64,000 bases of DNA, from contig JACQUW010000312.1 of assembly GCA_016210115.1 (NCBI GenBank), positions 3-64,002 on the forward strand. Direction: 5' to 3'. The position numbers and the translations under genes were made by a program. The number at the start of each line of letters is the position of its first letter. Positions within the stretch are counted from its first letter, which is position 1. The notes under the pieces were generated by a model. It did not search any database. It was not told the DNA's origin and saw nothing but the letters and a program-made list of their open reading frames with translations. Source of the DNA: Deltaproteobacteria bacterium. Its GTDB lineage: Bacteria; Desulfobacterota; Binatia; UBA9968. Shown piece after piece: positions 39,075 through 49,060 of this stretch.

Positions 39075-39144
39075 CGGATACCTCCTGCCGGTCCTACGCT
39101 TTCCCGTGTCTTTTTACGGCGCGGCGAAACATGCGCTCCGCCCG

Positions 39145-39906
39145 TTAGCCGGAGACCTGCTCGCTGGTTTTCTTCCTCCTGTCGCGAACGTAGATGGCCT
39201 TGGACTGGCCGTCACTCAGAACTCTCTCTTCAATTTCGAAGAGTTGGGTTGCAGAGATCAGCTCTCTCAGTCGTTTGTACCCGTAGTTGCGCGGATCAAA
39301 ATCCGGGGCCTGCTTCGCAATGTTACTTCCGATCGTGGCCAGATGAGCCCATCCGGCGTCATCTGAGGCGGCTTCCACTGCGCTTCTCAGCAGGTTGACA
39401 AGCTTTGTGTCGCCTTTCAGATCATTCGCGGACTTCTTTTCCGATGGCCCGCTCTCGTCTCTCGAATGCAGCACTTCGGTGTATACGAATTTGTCGCAGG
39501 CCGACACAAAAGAGTGCGGAGTCTTACGCTCGCCAAAGCCGTAGACGGTCAAGCCTTCTTCGCGAATTCTCGAAGCGAGGCGGGTGAAGTCGCTGTCGCT
39601 CGACACCAGGCAGAATCCGTCGAACCTTTTCGTATACAGCAAGTCCATGGCATCGATGATCATCGCGCTGTCGGTCGCATTTTTCCCCGTTGTGTATCGA
39701 AACTGTTGGACTGGCTGGATTGAATTATGAAGCAAGACTTCCTTCCACCCATTCAGCTGCGGCGTGGTCCAGTCGCCATAGATCCGCTTGACGCTGGCGA
39801 CACCGAACTTGGCTACTTCAGTTAGGAGCCCTTCGGTGTTTGACGGATGGGCATTATCAGCATCGATTAAAACCGCGAGTCTTGGTTGCGTATCGTTACC
39901 GTTCAC
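39145..39906 (-). CDS. NYN domain (LabA/DUF88) protein with OST-HTH/LOTUS domain
   Basis: LIDADN, GKNATD, VSSDSDFTRLA, FDPRNYG. Confidence 0.92.
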   Translation of the reverse strand: MNGNDTQPRLAVLIDADNAHPSNTEGLLTEVAKFGVASVKRIYGDWTTPQLNGWKEVLLHNSIQPVQQFRYTTGKNATDSAMIIDAMDLLYTKRFDGFCLVSSDSDFTRLASRIREEGLTVYGFGERKTPHSFVSACDKFVYTEVLHSRDESGPSEKKSANDLKGDTKLVNLLRSAVEAASDDAGWAHLATIGSNIAKQAPDFDPRNYGYKRLRELISATQLFEIEERVLSDGQSKAIYVRDRRKKTSEQVSG

Positions 39907-40978
39907 AATACCTCCAGAAAGACTTTAAACGTTCTAGTCTAAGCTGTAAAGCCCAGGAGATGCCACGCGCGGTCCCTATTAGCACGAGAATGCCCGTGGC
40001 GAGCATTGCCCAGGTTGCCGGCTCCGGCACCACCTGCGCCTGATAAGCGAAATCGAATTCGCTTATGCCGCCCGTGGAAACGACTCCCTGTGCCGTGAAG
40101 TACCAGTCCGTGGCCGAAGGGAAAAGAAACTGTAGTGTGCTCCCTTCCGGAATCGCGTAGAATGATTGAATCGACTGGATTATGCCGTCCAAAGTCACCA
40201 GTGGATTGAAGAGAGATGTGCCGCCGAGTGTGACGCTTGGGCCGAAGGCATCGAGGGGGAGTTCCATCATTCGAGTTTCGAATCGAAGCTCCGACAACAC
40301 GATCTCGCTCACGGCATCGTTGGTATAGGAAAAGCTCCAGCCCTCTGTTGGACTGGTCGCGTTCAGAGCCACCTGGTTCATTCCCATTTCCACCGTATGC
40401 AGCGCCACCCGGCTGGCTGCCTGAGTCTTCTTATCATCAAAGGTCCAGAAGGAGTCTTTCAGAGAGACTTTGTCCTTAAAGGCCTTATTCTCGACATTCA
40501 CCTGCGCGCCAAAGGTCAACCTGTTGCCTTGACCAAATTGAAAGGCTTTGCCTTTGTTCATGGTTTCCCATGCCAAACGCATTTTATCAAATCGATAGGT
40601 GGCGCCGCCTGGCGCGCCTGGCACCTTGGCCTGGAACTGGTCCAGACCTTTGATGACGACCTCGGTATCAAAATCGAATCGAGGATCCTTGAGGGTCTTG
40701 GGATCGAGGCCGTCTTGGGTGTTGGGCACGAGGATGTTTTGTCCCGCGACGAATCCGGGGATAGCGCGCTCGGCCAGTGTCGGGAGTGCCGGACTGTTAT
40801 TCTGCCCCAAACGCGAGCCTAGCAACTCGAGATCCATATCAAAGCCTATGATCTTGTCCGTTGGGACCGGCGTCTTCGTTGCGGGGTCGATCGGGGCAGC
40901 GAAATTGTAGGAGATGCTGATCGCGAAGGCGCCGGATGGGGCGGCAAGGATCACAAGCGCAACAAGCAGGATAAGCAT
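39896..40978 (-). CDS. PEP-CTERM sorting domain surface protein
   Basis: signal peptide; VVPEPATWAMLATGILVLIG followed by basic residues. Confidence 0.85.
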   Translation of the reverse strand: MLILLVALVILAAPSGAFAISISYNFAAPIDPATKTPVPTDKIIGFDMDLELLGSRLGQNNSPALPTLAERAIPGFVAGQNILVPNTQDGLDPKTLKDPRFDFDTEVVIKGLDQFQAKVPGAPGGATYRFDKMRLAWETMNKGKAFQFGQGNRLTFGAQVNVENKAFKDKVSLKDSFWTFDDKKTQAASRVALHTVEMGMNQVALNATSPTEGWSFSYTNDAVSEIVLSELRFETRMMELPLDAFGPSVTLGGTSLFNPLVTLDGIIQSIQSFYAIPEGSTLQFLFPSATDWYFTAQGVVSTGGISEFDFAYQAQVVPEPATWAMLATGILVLIGTARGISWALQLRLERLKSFWRYCER

Positions 40979-41332
40979 GGCTCCCTCCTGGAGGCGCGGA
41001 TGGTAAATGTAAATAGCCCGCCCAACCTGAGATGGGGCCTTTCCGGACCCCCTTGGTGAAGCGCGCGGAGCTGCTATGTCGGGAGGTTTTGTCGGCGGGT
41101 CTTACTTCGCGTATAGCCTGAATTGCAGAATTGTCAAGATGCAAATCTTTATCTCTCTTGTCCAGGAATCCCGTCGCCAAACGAGACCCGAGAGGTGCGC
41201 GAGAATGAAGCTTGATTCGAAAATTTCCCCCTGCTATTCCGTGGCATTGACGATCATGAAATACTATGGAAGTCAGTGGACTCGCCGCGCTGTTACCGCG
41301 CTATGAGTGTGCAGGACACTTATGGAGGTTCC

Positions 41333-42307
41333 ATGAGTAGAAAACGATTGTGCTTCTATGCCGCTCTTTATTTGGCGACGACCATCGGCGCGACCGCAGC
41401 GCAGGCGAAGGAGCGAGTGAATCTTATTTATGCTTCTATCAGCGGCTTGTTTCTTGGAACCTGGGTTGCCCAGGAGGCGGGCTATTTTGATCGCGAAAAC
41501 CTGGAAGTGAATCTCATCTATATTCAAAGCGCCAGCACCGCACTCCAGGCGATGCTTGCAGGCGAAGCGCCGCTCGCGCTCGCCGGGGGCGAGCCGGTTG
41601 TCGAATCGGGGCTTAAGGGAGGCGACGCCGTCTTTGTAGCCGGGATATCCGTTGTCCCGGCCGTCCATGTCATGGCCGTCCCGGAAATCCGCTCGGTCCA
41701 AGATCTTCGGGGAAAGCCGGTGGGGGTGACCCGCTATGGCTCCTCTACGGATTACGCGATGCGCCAGGTGCTCAGAATCAATGGTCTGGAGCCGGTCCGC
41801 GATGTTCCCGTCCTGCAGATCAGCGGAGGTCATCGGGCGCTTGCGGCAGCGCTTTTGAAGCGGGCGGTTTACGCCGCTACGATTGCTCCACCGAACAGTC
41901 TCCGGGCCGAAAAAGGCGGCGCGAAGCTCCTAATAGACATGGCAAAATCGGGCATTTATTTCCCTTATTCATCCATCATCAGCACGCGATCCTACCTAAA
42001 GAAGAACCGGCCGACCGTTGTGGCTTTTCTCACGGGATACTCAGAGGGCCTCAAGCGAATGGTAAACGATAAGAAACTAAGCATAGCGACCCTGAGAAAA
42101 CATATGCGGGAGGAAGATCCGGAAGTTCTGGAAACCATCTACAAGTATGCTCTGGATTACATCGTGAGAGTTCCCCATCCGACCAGGGAGGGGATCGCCG
42201 AAGTCTTGCGCCAAAGCACGGATCCAAAGGCCAAGAGTATGAGCCCAGAGAGTTTCATCGACGACAGCATTGTCCGCGAGTTGGAGCAGAAGGGTTTTTA
42301 TCGTTGA
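41333..42307 (+). CDS. NitT/TauT-type ABC substrate-binding protein
   Basis: GKPVGVTRYGSSTD, FIDDSIVRELEQKGF. Confidence 0.9.
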   Translation: MSRKRLCFYAALYLATTIGATAAQAKERVNLIYASISGLFLGTWVAQEAGYFDRENLEVNLIYIQSASTALQAMLAGEAPLALAGGEPVVESGLKGGDAVFVAGISVVPAVHVMAVPEIRSVQDLRGKPVGVTRYGSSTDYAMRQVLRINGLEPVRDVPVLQISGGHRALAAALLKRAVYAATIAPPNSLRAEKGGAKLLIDMAKSGIYFPYSSIISTRSYLKKNRPTVVAFLTGYSEGLKRMVNDKKLSIATLRKHMREEDPEVLETIYKYALDYIVRVPHPTREGIAEVLRQSTDPKAKSMSPESFIDDSIVRELEQKGFYR

Positions 42308-42395
42308 TTTTCATCCAGAGGACGTAGCTGACGTTCTTGCGCAAAATCAGGGGTAGTCTGGTGGGAGCTGGAGTCCGGAAAAAAGAAAGTACCTT

Positions 42396-42658
42396 GATTC
42401 CCGCTTCCGCGGGAATGGTCATTATTTGGGGATCACCCTTGACAATGAAAGCAGTGACCGAAGGGCAGGCGTGAAGGCGAATAAATCTGGGTTCCCGCTT
42501 TCGCGGGAACGACGGATGTAGGGGGCCCGCTTTGGAAACAACCCGAAGGAAGGGTTTCACCATGAACCGTCACCCCCGAATGTTTTTATCGGGGGTCCAG
42601 GTCCGACTTAGAAGCCGCGGATGCCTTACTGGCCGCCCGGCTTCCGCGGGAATGACGG
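42396..42658. repeat. cluster of REP-like palindromes
   Basis: GATTCCCGCTTCCGCGGGAATG, GGGTTCCCGCTTTCGCGGGAACGAC, GTCACCCCCGA...TCGGGGGTCCA, CCGCGGGAATGAC. Confidence 0.75.
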
Positions 42659-42739
42659 AGGGAGAGATACGCCCTGTGCTCCTGATAACAAAAGCAGCTT
42701 GATGTCTTTTACGGTCCAAATTTTAAGAGGAGAGAAGCG

Positions 42740-44470
42740 GTGACGCCAGCGCTCGATCCGATCGTTCTTGAATTGGTTCATTCCAAAGTGACCAGCATTG
42801 TTGAGGAGATGCGGGTGGTTTTGTTCCACAGCGGCTACTCGACGGTTTTGCGGGAATCCGAAGACGGCAGCGCCGGATTGCTGGACGCCGAACTCCGCAC
42901 GCTCGCTGTCTCTAAGAAGCTGCCCTTCCATTTTGCTTCGTTTTCCGCCATTGCGGATTATCTCCCTCGTTATTATCCGGCTGAGCAGCTGGAAGAGGGC
43001 GACGTCATTTTGTTTAACCATCCTTACCAGGGCAATGTCACCCACACCTCAGACACGGTAACGTTGATGCCGGTATTCGCGCACGGAGAGCTCATCGGAT
43101 ACGCCGGAACGCTTGCTCACAAGCCGGACGTTGGCGGGCTGAGGGGCTTGGCTTCAGCGCGGGATCTCTGGGAGGAAGGGCTCGTGATTCCGCCCGTCAA
43201 GTATTGCAGCCGCGGTGAGACCAATCGCGACCTTGAGCATCTTGTCTCTGCCAACAGCCGGATCCCGGTGGAAACACTCGGGGATCTTCGCGGTCAGGTC
43301 GCGGCTTGCCGCGTTGGGGCCCGCCGATTAAAGGAGCTATGCTCTCGATTTGGCGTTTCAACCCTCATCGCGAGTTGCCGAGAGCTGACGAATCGGGTAG
43401 CGCAACGGCTGCGCGATACTTTAACGGCCCTGCCGGATGGCGTCCAAGAGGCCGAGGGGATATTGGATCACGACGGGGTCAATCTCAACCGGCCGCTTCG
43501 AGCGCACGTCCTGGCGACAAAGCGCGCAGCCGAGATCTTGTTCGATTTCAGCGGCTCTGATGAACAGGCGCAGGGAGCCGTCAATGTCACATCCGCCATG
43601 ATCAAGAACAGTTGCTATTGTGGGGTCATGGCTATGACCGATCCCAATCTGCCTTTTAATCATGGTTTTGTGGAGGTCGTACAAACCCGGTTCAAAGAAG
43701 GGACCATTGTCTGTCCTCGACCGGGCGCCGCGGTTTCCCATTATACTCCTCTGGCTCACCTGGCCTGCGATATGGTGATCAAAACGCTCGGAGAGTTCTG
43801 TCCGGACAAAGCTGCCGCTTCCGCCGGTGGCGGAGGCTCGATACGCATTATGGGAACGAGCCCGGTTTCGGGAAAAAACTGGATCATGATGGAGCTTCTG
43901 AATACCGCGCAAGGAGCGACCAGCGCTGCCGATGGCGTATCGCTCATCCACGGGCCCCTCGGCGCGGGACAGTTTCGGCCAGGGCCCATCGAGATCCATG
44001 AGACCGAATTCCCGATCCGCATCAGCCGTTTTGACGTGCGCGCCGATTCGGGCGGGCCGGGGCGGTTCCGCGGCGGAATGGGAAGCGCTCGCGAGTATCA
44101 GGTCTTGGAGGAGGCTGTGGTGCCCGTGCGCAGTCTTAAAGGAAGCCTGAGGAGCAAGCTCCCACCCTGGGGAGTGTTCGGCGGCCGGGCCGCGCGTATC
44201 GGCAATATCTTCGTCAATGGCGTCGAGGTTCCGGCCGGAACCCGGGAGGTGAGCGTCGGGCCTGGAGACGTGGTACAGGTGCATACAAATGCCGGAGGCG
44301 GTTATGGCGATCCACTCAAGCGAGATCCTGAGAAGGTTCTGACGGATGTTTTGGATGGGTATGTAACGGTCGAGAGTGCTCGTGAGGACTACGGCGTTGT
44401 GATCGACCTGCAAAATTTCGCCGTCGATTTGGAAGGGACTCGCGAGTTACGACGGAGAAGGACAGTGTAA
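42740..44470 (+). CDS. hydantoinase B/oxoprolinase family protein
   Basis: YSTVLRESED, NHPYQGNVTHTSD, DSGGPGRFRGG, GGGYGDP. Confidence 0.92.
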   Translation: MTPALDPIVLELVHSKVTSIVEEMRVVLFHSGYSTVLRESEDGSAGLLDAELRTLAVSKKLPFHFASFSAIADYLPRYYPAEQLEEGDVILFNHPYQGNVTHTSDTVTLMPVFAHGELIGYAGTLAHKPDVGGLRGLASARDLWEEGLVIPPVKYCSRGETNRDLEHLVSANSRIPVETLGDLRGQVAACRVGARRLKELCSRFGVSTLIASCRELTNRVAQRLRDTLTALPDGVQEAEGILDHDGVNLNRPLRAHVLATKRAAEILFDFSGSDEQAQGAVNVTSAMIKNSCYCGVMAMTDPNLPFNHGFVEVVQTRFKEGTIVCPRPGAAVSHYTPLAHLACDMVIKTLGEFCPDKAAASAGGGGSIRIMGTSPVSGKNWIMMELLNTAQGATSAADGVSLIHGPLGAGQFRPGPIEIHETEFPIRISRFDVRADSGGPGRFRGGMGSAREYQVLEEAVVPVRSLKGSLRSKLPPWGVFGGRAARIGNIFVNGVEVPAGTREVSVGPGDVVQVHTNAGGGYGDPLKRDPEKVLTDVLDGYVTVESAREDYGVVIDLQNFAVDLEGTRELRRRRTV

Positions 44471-44473
44471 CAG

Positions 44474-45463
44474 ATGGCGAAGATCAGCTTTGGCGTCGCC
44501 CTCTACGGCACGGAAGAAGCAATGAGAGGCGTTGAGCTCGCGAAACTGGCGGACGCACTCGGCTATCAAAGTTTCTGGGTCGGGGATTCCCACATGATCT
44601 GGCGCGAACTCTACGTCTTGCTCGGGGCGGCAGGGTTGGCCACGAAACGCCTGCGGCTTGGACCGGGCGTCACTCATCCGGGCGTTCGCCACTTGACCGT
44701 GACGGCGAGCGCCATGGTCACCTTAAACGAGGTGACAAACGGGCGGGCGCTGTTGGGATTCGGTGTCGGAGCCACAGGTCCTGAAAATATCGGAATCAAG
44801 CCCGTCACTGTTGGGCAACTTGAGGAGGCGGTGAGATTACTGAGGAAGCTCACGGCTGGCGAAGAGATCCGCATCAGTGATAAGAGCATGAGATGCGTGT
44901 TTGCGTCTCGGCCGCGAATCCCGATCTACATCGGCACAAGATCTTCTAAAGCCATGCAGATGGCGGCGCGTCTGGCTGATGGAATTATCTACACGGGCGA
45001 AGAAGCCTCGGTGCAACCCATTGTAGATGCGATGCGAACGTTCTCTGCTCAGGCTGGACGCGGAGGAGGCGAGGTCAAGGTGGTATACAGAATCCCTTGT
45101 TCCGTTGCCGATGATCCTTATGAAGCCAGGTATGCGGTTAGAGGAAAAATCGCCCGCACGGCGATGACGCACCTCGGGAGATTGCACAAAATGGGCAAGC
45201 TTGAGGACGAAGAGGACCGGAGAGCCGTGGAGCGTCTTTGGGATTTTTACGACACCTATCATCACATGGGTCCCGAGCATTCCCACCTGGTCCGGGAAGA
45301 GTGGGTGGACCGATTTGCCGTGGCAGGAACGCCGGAACAGGTACAGGAGAGAATACGGAACGTCATCAAATTGGGCGTCGACGAGATAACCATCATCCCC
45401 TTTGGCGACTCGAAAGAATTTGTTATCAAGACCTTCGCCAAAGAAGTTATGGAGAAACTCTAG
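44474..45463 (+). CDS. LLM-class flavin/F420-dependent oxidoreductase
   Basis: FWVGDSH, LRLGPGVT, GRALLGFGVG, AGTPEQV. Confidence 0.9.
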   Translation: MAKISFGVALYGTEEAMRGVELAKLADALGYQSFWVGDSHMIWRELYVLLGAAGLATKRLRLGPGVTHPGVRHLTVTASAMVTLNEVTNGRALLGFGVGATGPENIGIKPVTVGQLEEAVRLLRKLTAGEEIRISDKSMRCVFASRPRIPIYIGTRSSKAMQMAARLADGIIYTGEEASVQPIVDAMRTFSAQAGRGGGEVKVVYRIPCSVADDPYEARYAVRGKIARTAMTHLGRLHKMGKLEDEEDRRAVERLWDFYDTYHHMGPEHSHLVREEWVDRFAVAGTPEQVQERIRNVIKLGVDEITIIPFGDSKEFVIKTFAKEVMEKL

Positions 45464-45523
45464 TGAGACTGAGAAAACTCAGGGGTGCCCATTAACGAGA
45501 ATTTAACACGGGAAGGGAAATAT

Positions 45524-47242
45524 ATGGCTGCTGAATACGGTTCCGACGTGATTGTTGATCTCATGAAGGCTTATGAGATCGAATATGCGGCCCTGAATCC
45601 GGGATCGTCTTTTCGCGGCCTGCACGATTCGCTCGTGAATTACGGCGGCAACAAGAACCCGGAGGTGATTCTCTGTTGTCACGAGGAGGTTGCCGTCTCG
45701 ATGGCATACGGTTACGCGCGGGTCACCGGGAAGCCTATGGTTGCGATCGTGCATGATCTCGTCGGGCTTCAGCACGCCAGCATGGCGATCTACAACGCAT
45801 GGACCAGCCGGACTCCGATCATTGTGATGGGTGGAACCGGACCGATGGATACCAGCAAGCGAAGGAGCGGGATTGATTGGACTCACACCGCGCTGGTCCA
45901 GGGAAACCTTGTCCGTGATTATGCCAAATGGGACGATCAGCCCGCCAGCGTTCGGGCCATTCCAGAATCATTTATCCGCGCTTACAACCTTAGCTGCACG
46001 GATCCAAAGGGGCCGGTATACCTTTGCTATGATGTCACCGTGCAGGAAGAGAAATTGGACGAGCCGATCTCACTTCCCGAGCCTGGCCGCTATCCCCTGC
46101 ATCTGCCCATGCAGGCGCCGGAGGAGGGATTCGAGAAGACCATCTCGTGGCTGGGGAAATCCCGGCGGCCCGTGATCATCGCGGAATCCTCGGGGCGAAC
46201 GGAACCCGCCTTCAACGCGTTAATTGAACTGTCCGAGCTGCTTATGATCCCGGTTTTGGATCGCGGGGGAAGGCTCAACTTCCCTATGCTCCATTCATTG
46301 AATCTTACCGGGCAGGAAAAAAAGGCCCTCTCCAGGGCCGACCTGGTGTTGGCCTTCGACGTTGCCGATCTTTCCGGCGCGACCAGGAGCGCGCCACCGG
46401 AAGCCAAAATCATCCACGTCCGTTTGAATGATCTTCTGGTCCGGAGCTGGTCTCAGGACTACGACGAGCCGCCGAAGGTCGATCTCTCGGTTTTTGCGGC
46501 AACGGAGATTTTCCTTCCGGAACTGGTCCGCCGGATCAAGGAAGCAAAGGGATTGCGGGAGCGATTCAAAGCAAGCGCCGGCGAGCGGGGAAGTGAAATC
46601 CAAAAGCTTAGTTCTGAGTTGGAGCAGGCGCTGAATGAGGAAAAAGAAAAGAAATGGGAGGAGACCCCGATCTCGTCAGTCCGCCTTTGCGCGGAGCTGG
46701 CTGAACTTTTGAACCGAGAGGATTTCGTTCTTACCAATGGCAGCTCCAATCATAAAGAGCGGCATTTCCTGGATTGTCGCAAGTTCAACCAATCTCTCGG
46801 AAAGCGACGCTTTGGCGGAGTTGGAAACGGCCTTCCCGGCTCTCTAGGCGCGGCACTCGCCTTAAAGCGGTCCAACAAGCTCTGTGTGGGGATTCAGCCG
46901 GACGGCGACTTTCTATTCAATCCAAGCGCGCTATGGACCGCCGCGCACTATGAAATCCCGTTGCTGATGATTGTTTTCAACAATCGCTCCTACTATAACG
47001 ACGAAGAGCATCAAGCGGTGATGGCCCGCCGAAGAGGACGTCCGGTGGAGAATAAGACCATAGGAATACGACTCGATAAGCCGGCTGTAAACTTTGCCAG
47101 ATTGGCCGAGACTTACGAAGTGCGCGGCTTCGGTCCGGTTACGCAACCCTCGGCGCTGCGCCAGGCGCTTCGTGAAGGCGCGGATTATGTCAAAGAAAAG
47201 AGGTTGCCCGCGGTTGTGGATGTGGTGATGCAGAACAGATAA
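45524..47242 (+). CDS. thiamine pyrophosphate-binding enzyme (acetolactate synthase/benzoylformate decarboxylase-like)
   Basis: NPGSSFRGLHDS, HEEVAVSMA, DGDFLF...NN. Confidence 0.9.
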   Translation: MAAEYGSDVIVDLMKAYEIEYAALNPGSSFRGLHDSLVNYGGNKNPEVILCCHEEVAVSMAYGYARVTGKPMVAIVHDLVGLQHASMAIYNAWTSRTPIIVMGGTGPMDTSKRRSGIDWTHTALVQGNLVRDYAKWDDQPASVRAIPESFIRAYNLSCTDPKGPVYLCYDVTVQEEKLDEPISLPEPGRYPLHLPMQAPEEGFEKTISWLGKSRRPVIIAESSGRTEPAFNALIELSELLMIPVLDRGGRLNFPMLHSLNLTGQEKKALSRADLVLAFDVADLSGATRSAPPEAKIIHVRLNDLLVRSWSQDYDEPPKVDLSVFAATEIFLPELVRRIKEAKGLRERFKASAGERGSEIQKLSSELEQALNEEKEKKWEETPISSVRLCAELAELLNREDFVLTNGSSNHKERHFLDCRKFNQSLGKRRFGGVGNGLPGSLGAALALKRSNKLCVGIQPDGDFLFNPSALWTAAHYEIPLLMIVFNNRSYYNDEEHQAVMARRRGRPVENKTIGIRLDKPAVNFARLAETYEVRGFGPVTQPSALRQALREGADYVKEKRLPAVVDVVMQNR

Positions 47243-47283
47243 AAAGTAGAAGCGAAAAAGACGTCAAGAGGCGGGAAGCATAG

Positions 47284-48315
47284 ATGATGGAACAGTACGT
47301 CGATCAGATCCCGGACGATCTGGCGGCGGCTTTTGATTGGTGTCTCGAACATGAACTGACGGACGGCCTTCCTGTAGTGCCGCCCAGCCGTCGCCTTATA
47401 GAGGCCATGGTGGAGCGCGGGCGGCGAGAGGCCGCGGAGGTCTTAGGCCGTCTTGCGCCGAGTAATCAGGAATTCACCGTTCTCGATCTGGCGGTAAACG
47501 CCGTCATGGCGGGCTGCCTTCCCGATTATTTCCCCGTGGTTCTCGCGGCTGCCGAAGCCATGCTGGACCCGCGTTTCCGCGCCGGCGAAGTCCAGGCTAC
47601 GTCCCGCCCCTGCGGCCCCATGATCATCGTCAATGGGCCGATTGCAAAGCGATTAGGGATCGAGCACTTCAACCATTGCTTTGGCTCCGGTTTCCGAGCG
47701 AACGCAACGATCGGCCGGAGTCTACGGCTGGTCCTGATGAATCTGGGCGGCGGGAGACCTGGAAGGGGAGACGCTGCAGCTTTCGGTTGGCCCGGAAAGA
47801 TCTCATTTTGTTGGGCAGAAAACGAAGACCCGAAGTTGAATCCGTGGGAGCCTTTGCACGTGGAGCGGGACTTTTCTCCAGAGGAAAGCGCCGTCACCGT
47901 GGCTGCCGTGAACGGCTATTACAACTGTTCGGGGGGACGCCCCTCCGTAGCGGAAGCGATGAGGATGTTTGGCTTTTCAATGTCGAACGCGACGGATCAC
48001 CTGCTATGGCACGGCCAACCGATTCTTGTAATGGGCATCGAGAAAGCGGGCATGATGAGACAAGCAGGAATCACCAAGGGAGAGGCGAAGAGGCTTCTTT
48101 TCGAGCAGGCGCAAGCGCCGGCTTCGGCGCTTTCGGATGAAGTTCTTTTGGAGCTCAAGAAAAGCCGCATGGATTTGAATCCTTCAGGTATGCTTAGCGT
48201 CGCAGACAGCGCGGAAGACATTATCCTCGCAGTCGCCGGAGGCTGGGGCCCTCACTCGGTTTTTCTCCCCACTTTACCGAGCTCGCAGGCGGTCACAAAG
48301 AAAATTATGGAGTAG
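47284..48315 (+). CDS. UGSC-associated 'TDGLP' family protein 2
   Basis: LTDGLPVVPPS, AVNAVMAGC, ANATIGRSLRL, GWPG, PWEPLH. Confidence 0.85.
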   Translation: MMEQYVDQIPDDLAAAFDWCLEHELTDGLPVVPPSRRLIEAMVERGRREAAEVLGRLAPSNQEFTVLDLAVNAVMAGCLPDYFPVVLAAAEAMLDPRFRAGEVQATSRPCGPMIIVNGPIAKRLGIEHFNHCFGSGFRANATIGRSLRLVLMNLGGGRPGRGDAAAFGWPGKISFCWAENEDPKLNPWEPLHVERDFSPEESAVTVAAVNGYYNCSGGRPSVAEAMRMFGFSMSNATDHLLWHGQPILVMGIEKAGMMRQAGITKGEAKRLLFEQAQAPASALSDEVLLELKKSRMDLNPSGMLSVADSAEDIILAVAGGWGPHSVFLPTLPSSQAVTKKIME

Positions 48316-48349
48316 ATGGCAGGTCGTCAGTCGAGGGAAAGGAGGCGAC

Positions 48350-48916
48350 ATGGCAGTTATTTTGGATCCGGTGGGCCAGGTGAGAGGTGGAGAGCGGCAG
48401 CTCAACCCGCGCCTCAACTCTCTTGACGGGAAAACGATCGGAGTGATCGTGAATGGCCAGCCCAATGCGCCGGTGGTATTGGGATACGTGGCCGAGCTTT
48501 TGCAGAAAGATTTTCCTTCCGCTCAAATCATCATTCGAACCAAACCAAGCTACAGGAACCGCGCTCCGGAGGAGATTCTAAGCGAGATGAGCGCGAGGGC
48601 GCATGTGGTGATTACCGGGCTGGGCGCCTGAGGCTCCTGCACGTCGTGGAGTGTCCACGATGGAATCGAGATGGAAAAGCGAGGAAAGGTAGCGGTGACG
48701 GTCGTGGAGGATGTTTTTGTGACCCTCGCGAAAGGAGAGAGAAAGGCGCTCGGAATGCCTTCGTTCCCGCTGGTCGTGGTGCCGCATCATAACTCCGCGG
48801 ATGCCGTGAGGGATCAGGTTCGAAATGAAGTGGCCGAGGCTCTGCCGAAAATCTTAGAGGCGTTGACACAATCCACAATAGGTGAGGCCGCAGCCGATTC
48901 CTTTGCGCCGGCTTAA
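48350..48916 (+). CDS. UGSC-family selenoprotein (Sec codon TGA 48629-48631), 188 aa
   Basis: TGLGA-TGA-GSCTSWSVHD joins track ORFs 48350-48631 and 48671-48916 in frame; RBS AAGGAGG. Confidence 0.9.
48642..48662 (+). promoter_or_regulatory. putative bacterial SECIS hairpin
   Basis: CGTCGTGGA-GTG-TCCACGATG, 9-bp stem with one G-U; core 12 nt after TGA. Confidence 0.75.
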
Positions 48917-49060
48917 GTGAGGGAGCTTGTAAGGCGCCAAGCGCACGGCGCAAAGAGGATGGCCTGAAAAAGCGCTCAACTATATGGCCCGGCCCCGCGC
49001 CTGTCCGGGGCACGACTTATTTTAAAGAATCCGATCTAGAGAGAAAAAGAGGATAGTAAT

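Noticed and set aside
42396-42658. Repeat cluster as a CRISPR array
   Set aside because: Units vary in sequence, orientation and spacing; no cas genes; REP-like instead
48350-48916. Interpretation as two small genes or a nonsense pseudogene
   Set aside because: TGA sits at the same UxxC position in two diverged paralogues, each with a SECIS-like hairpin
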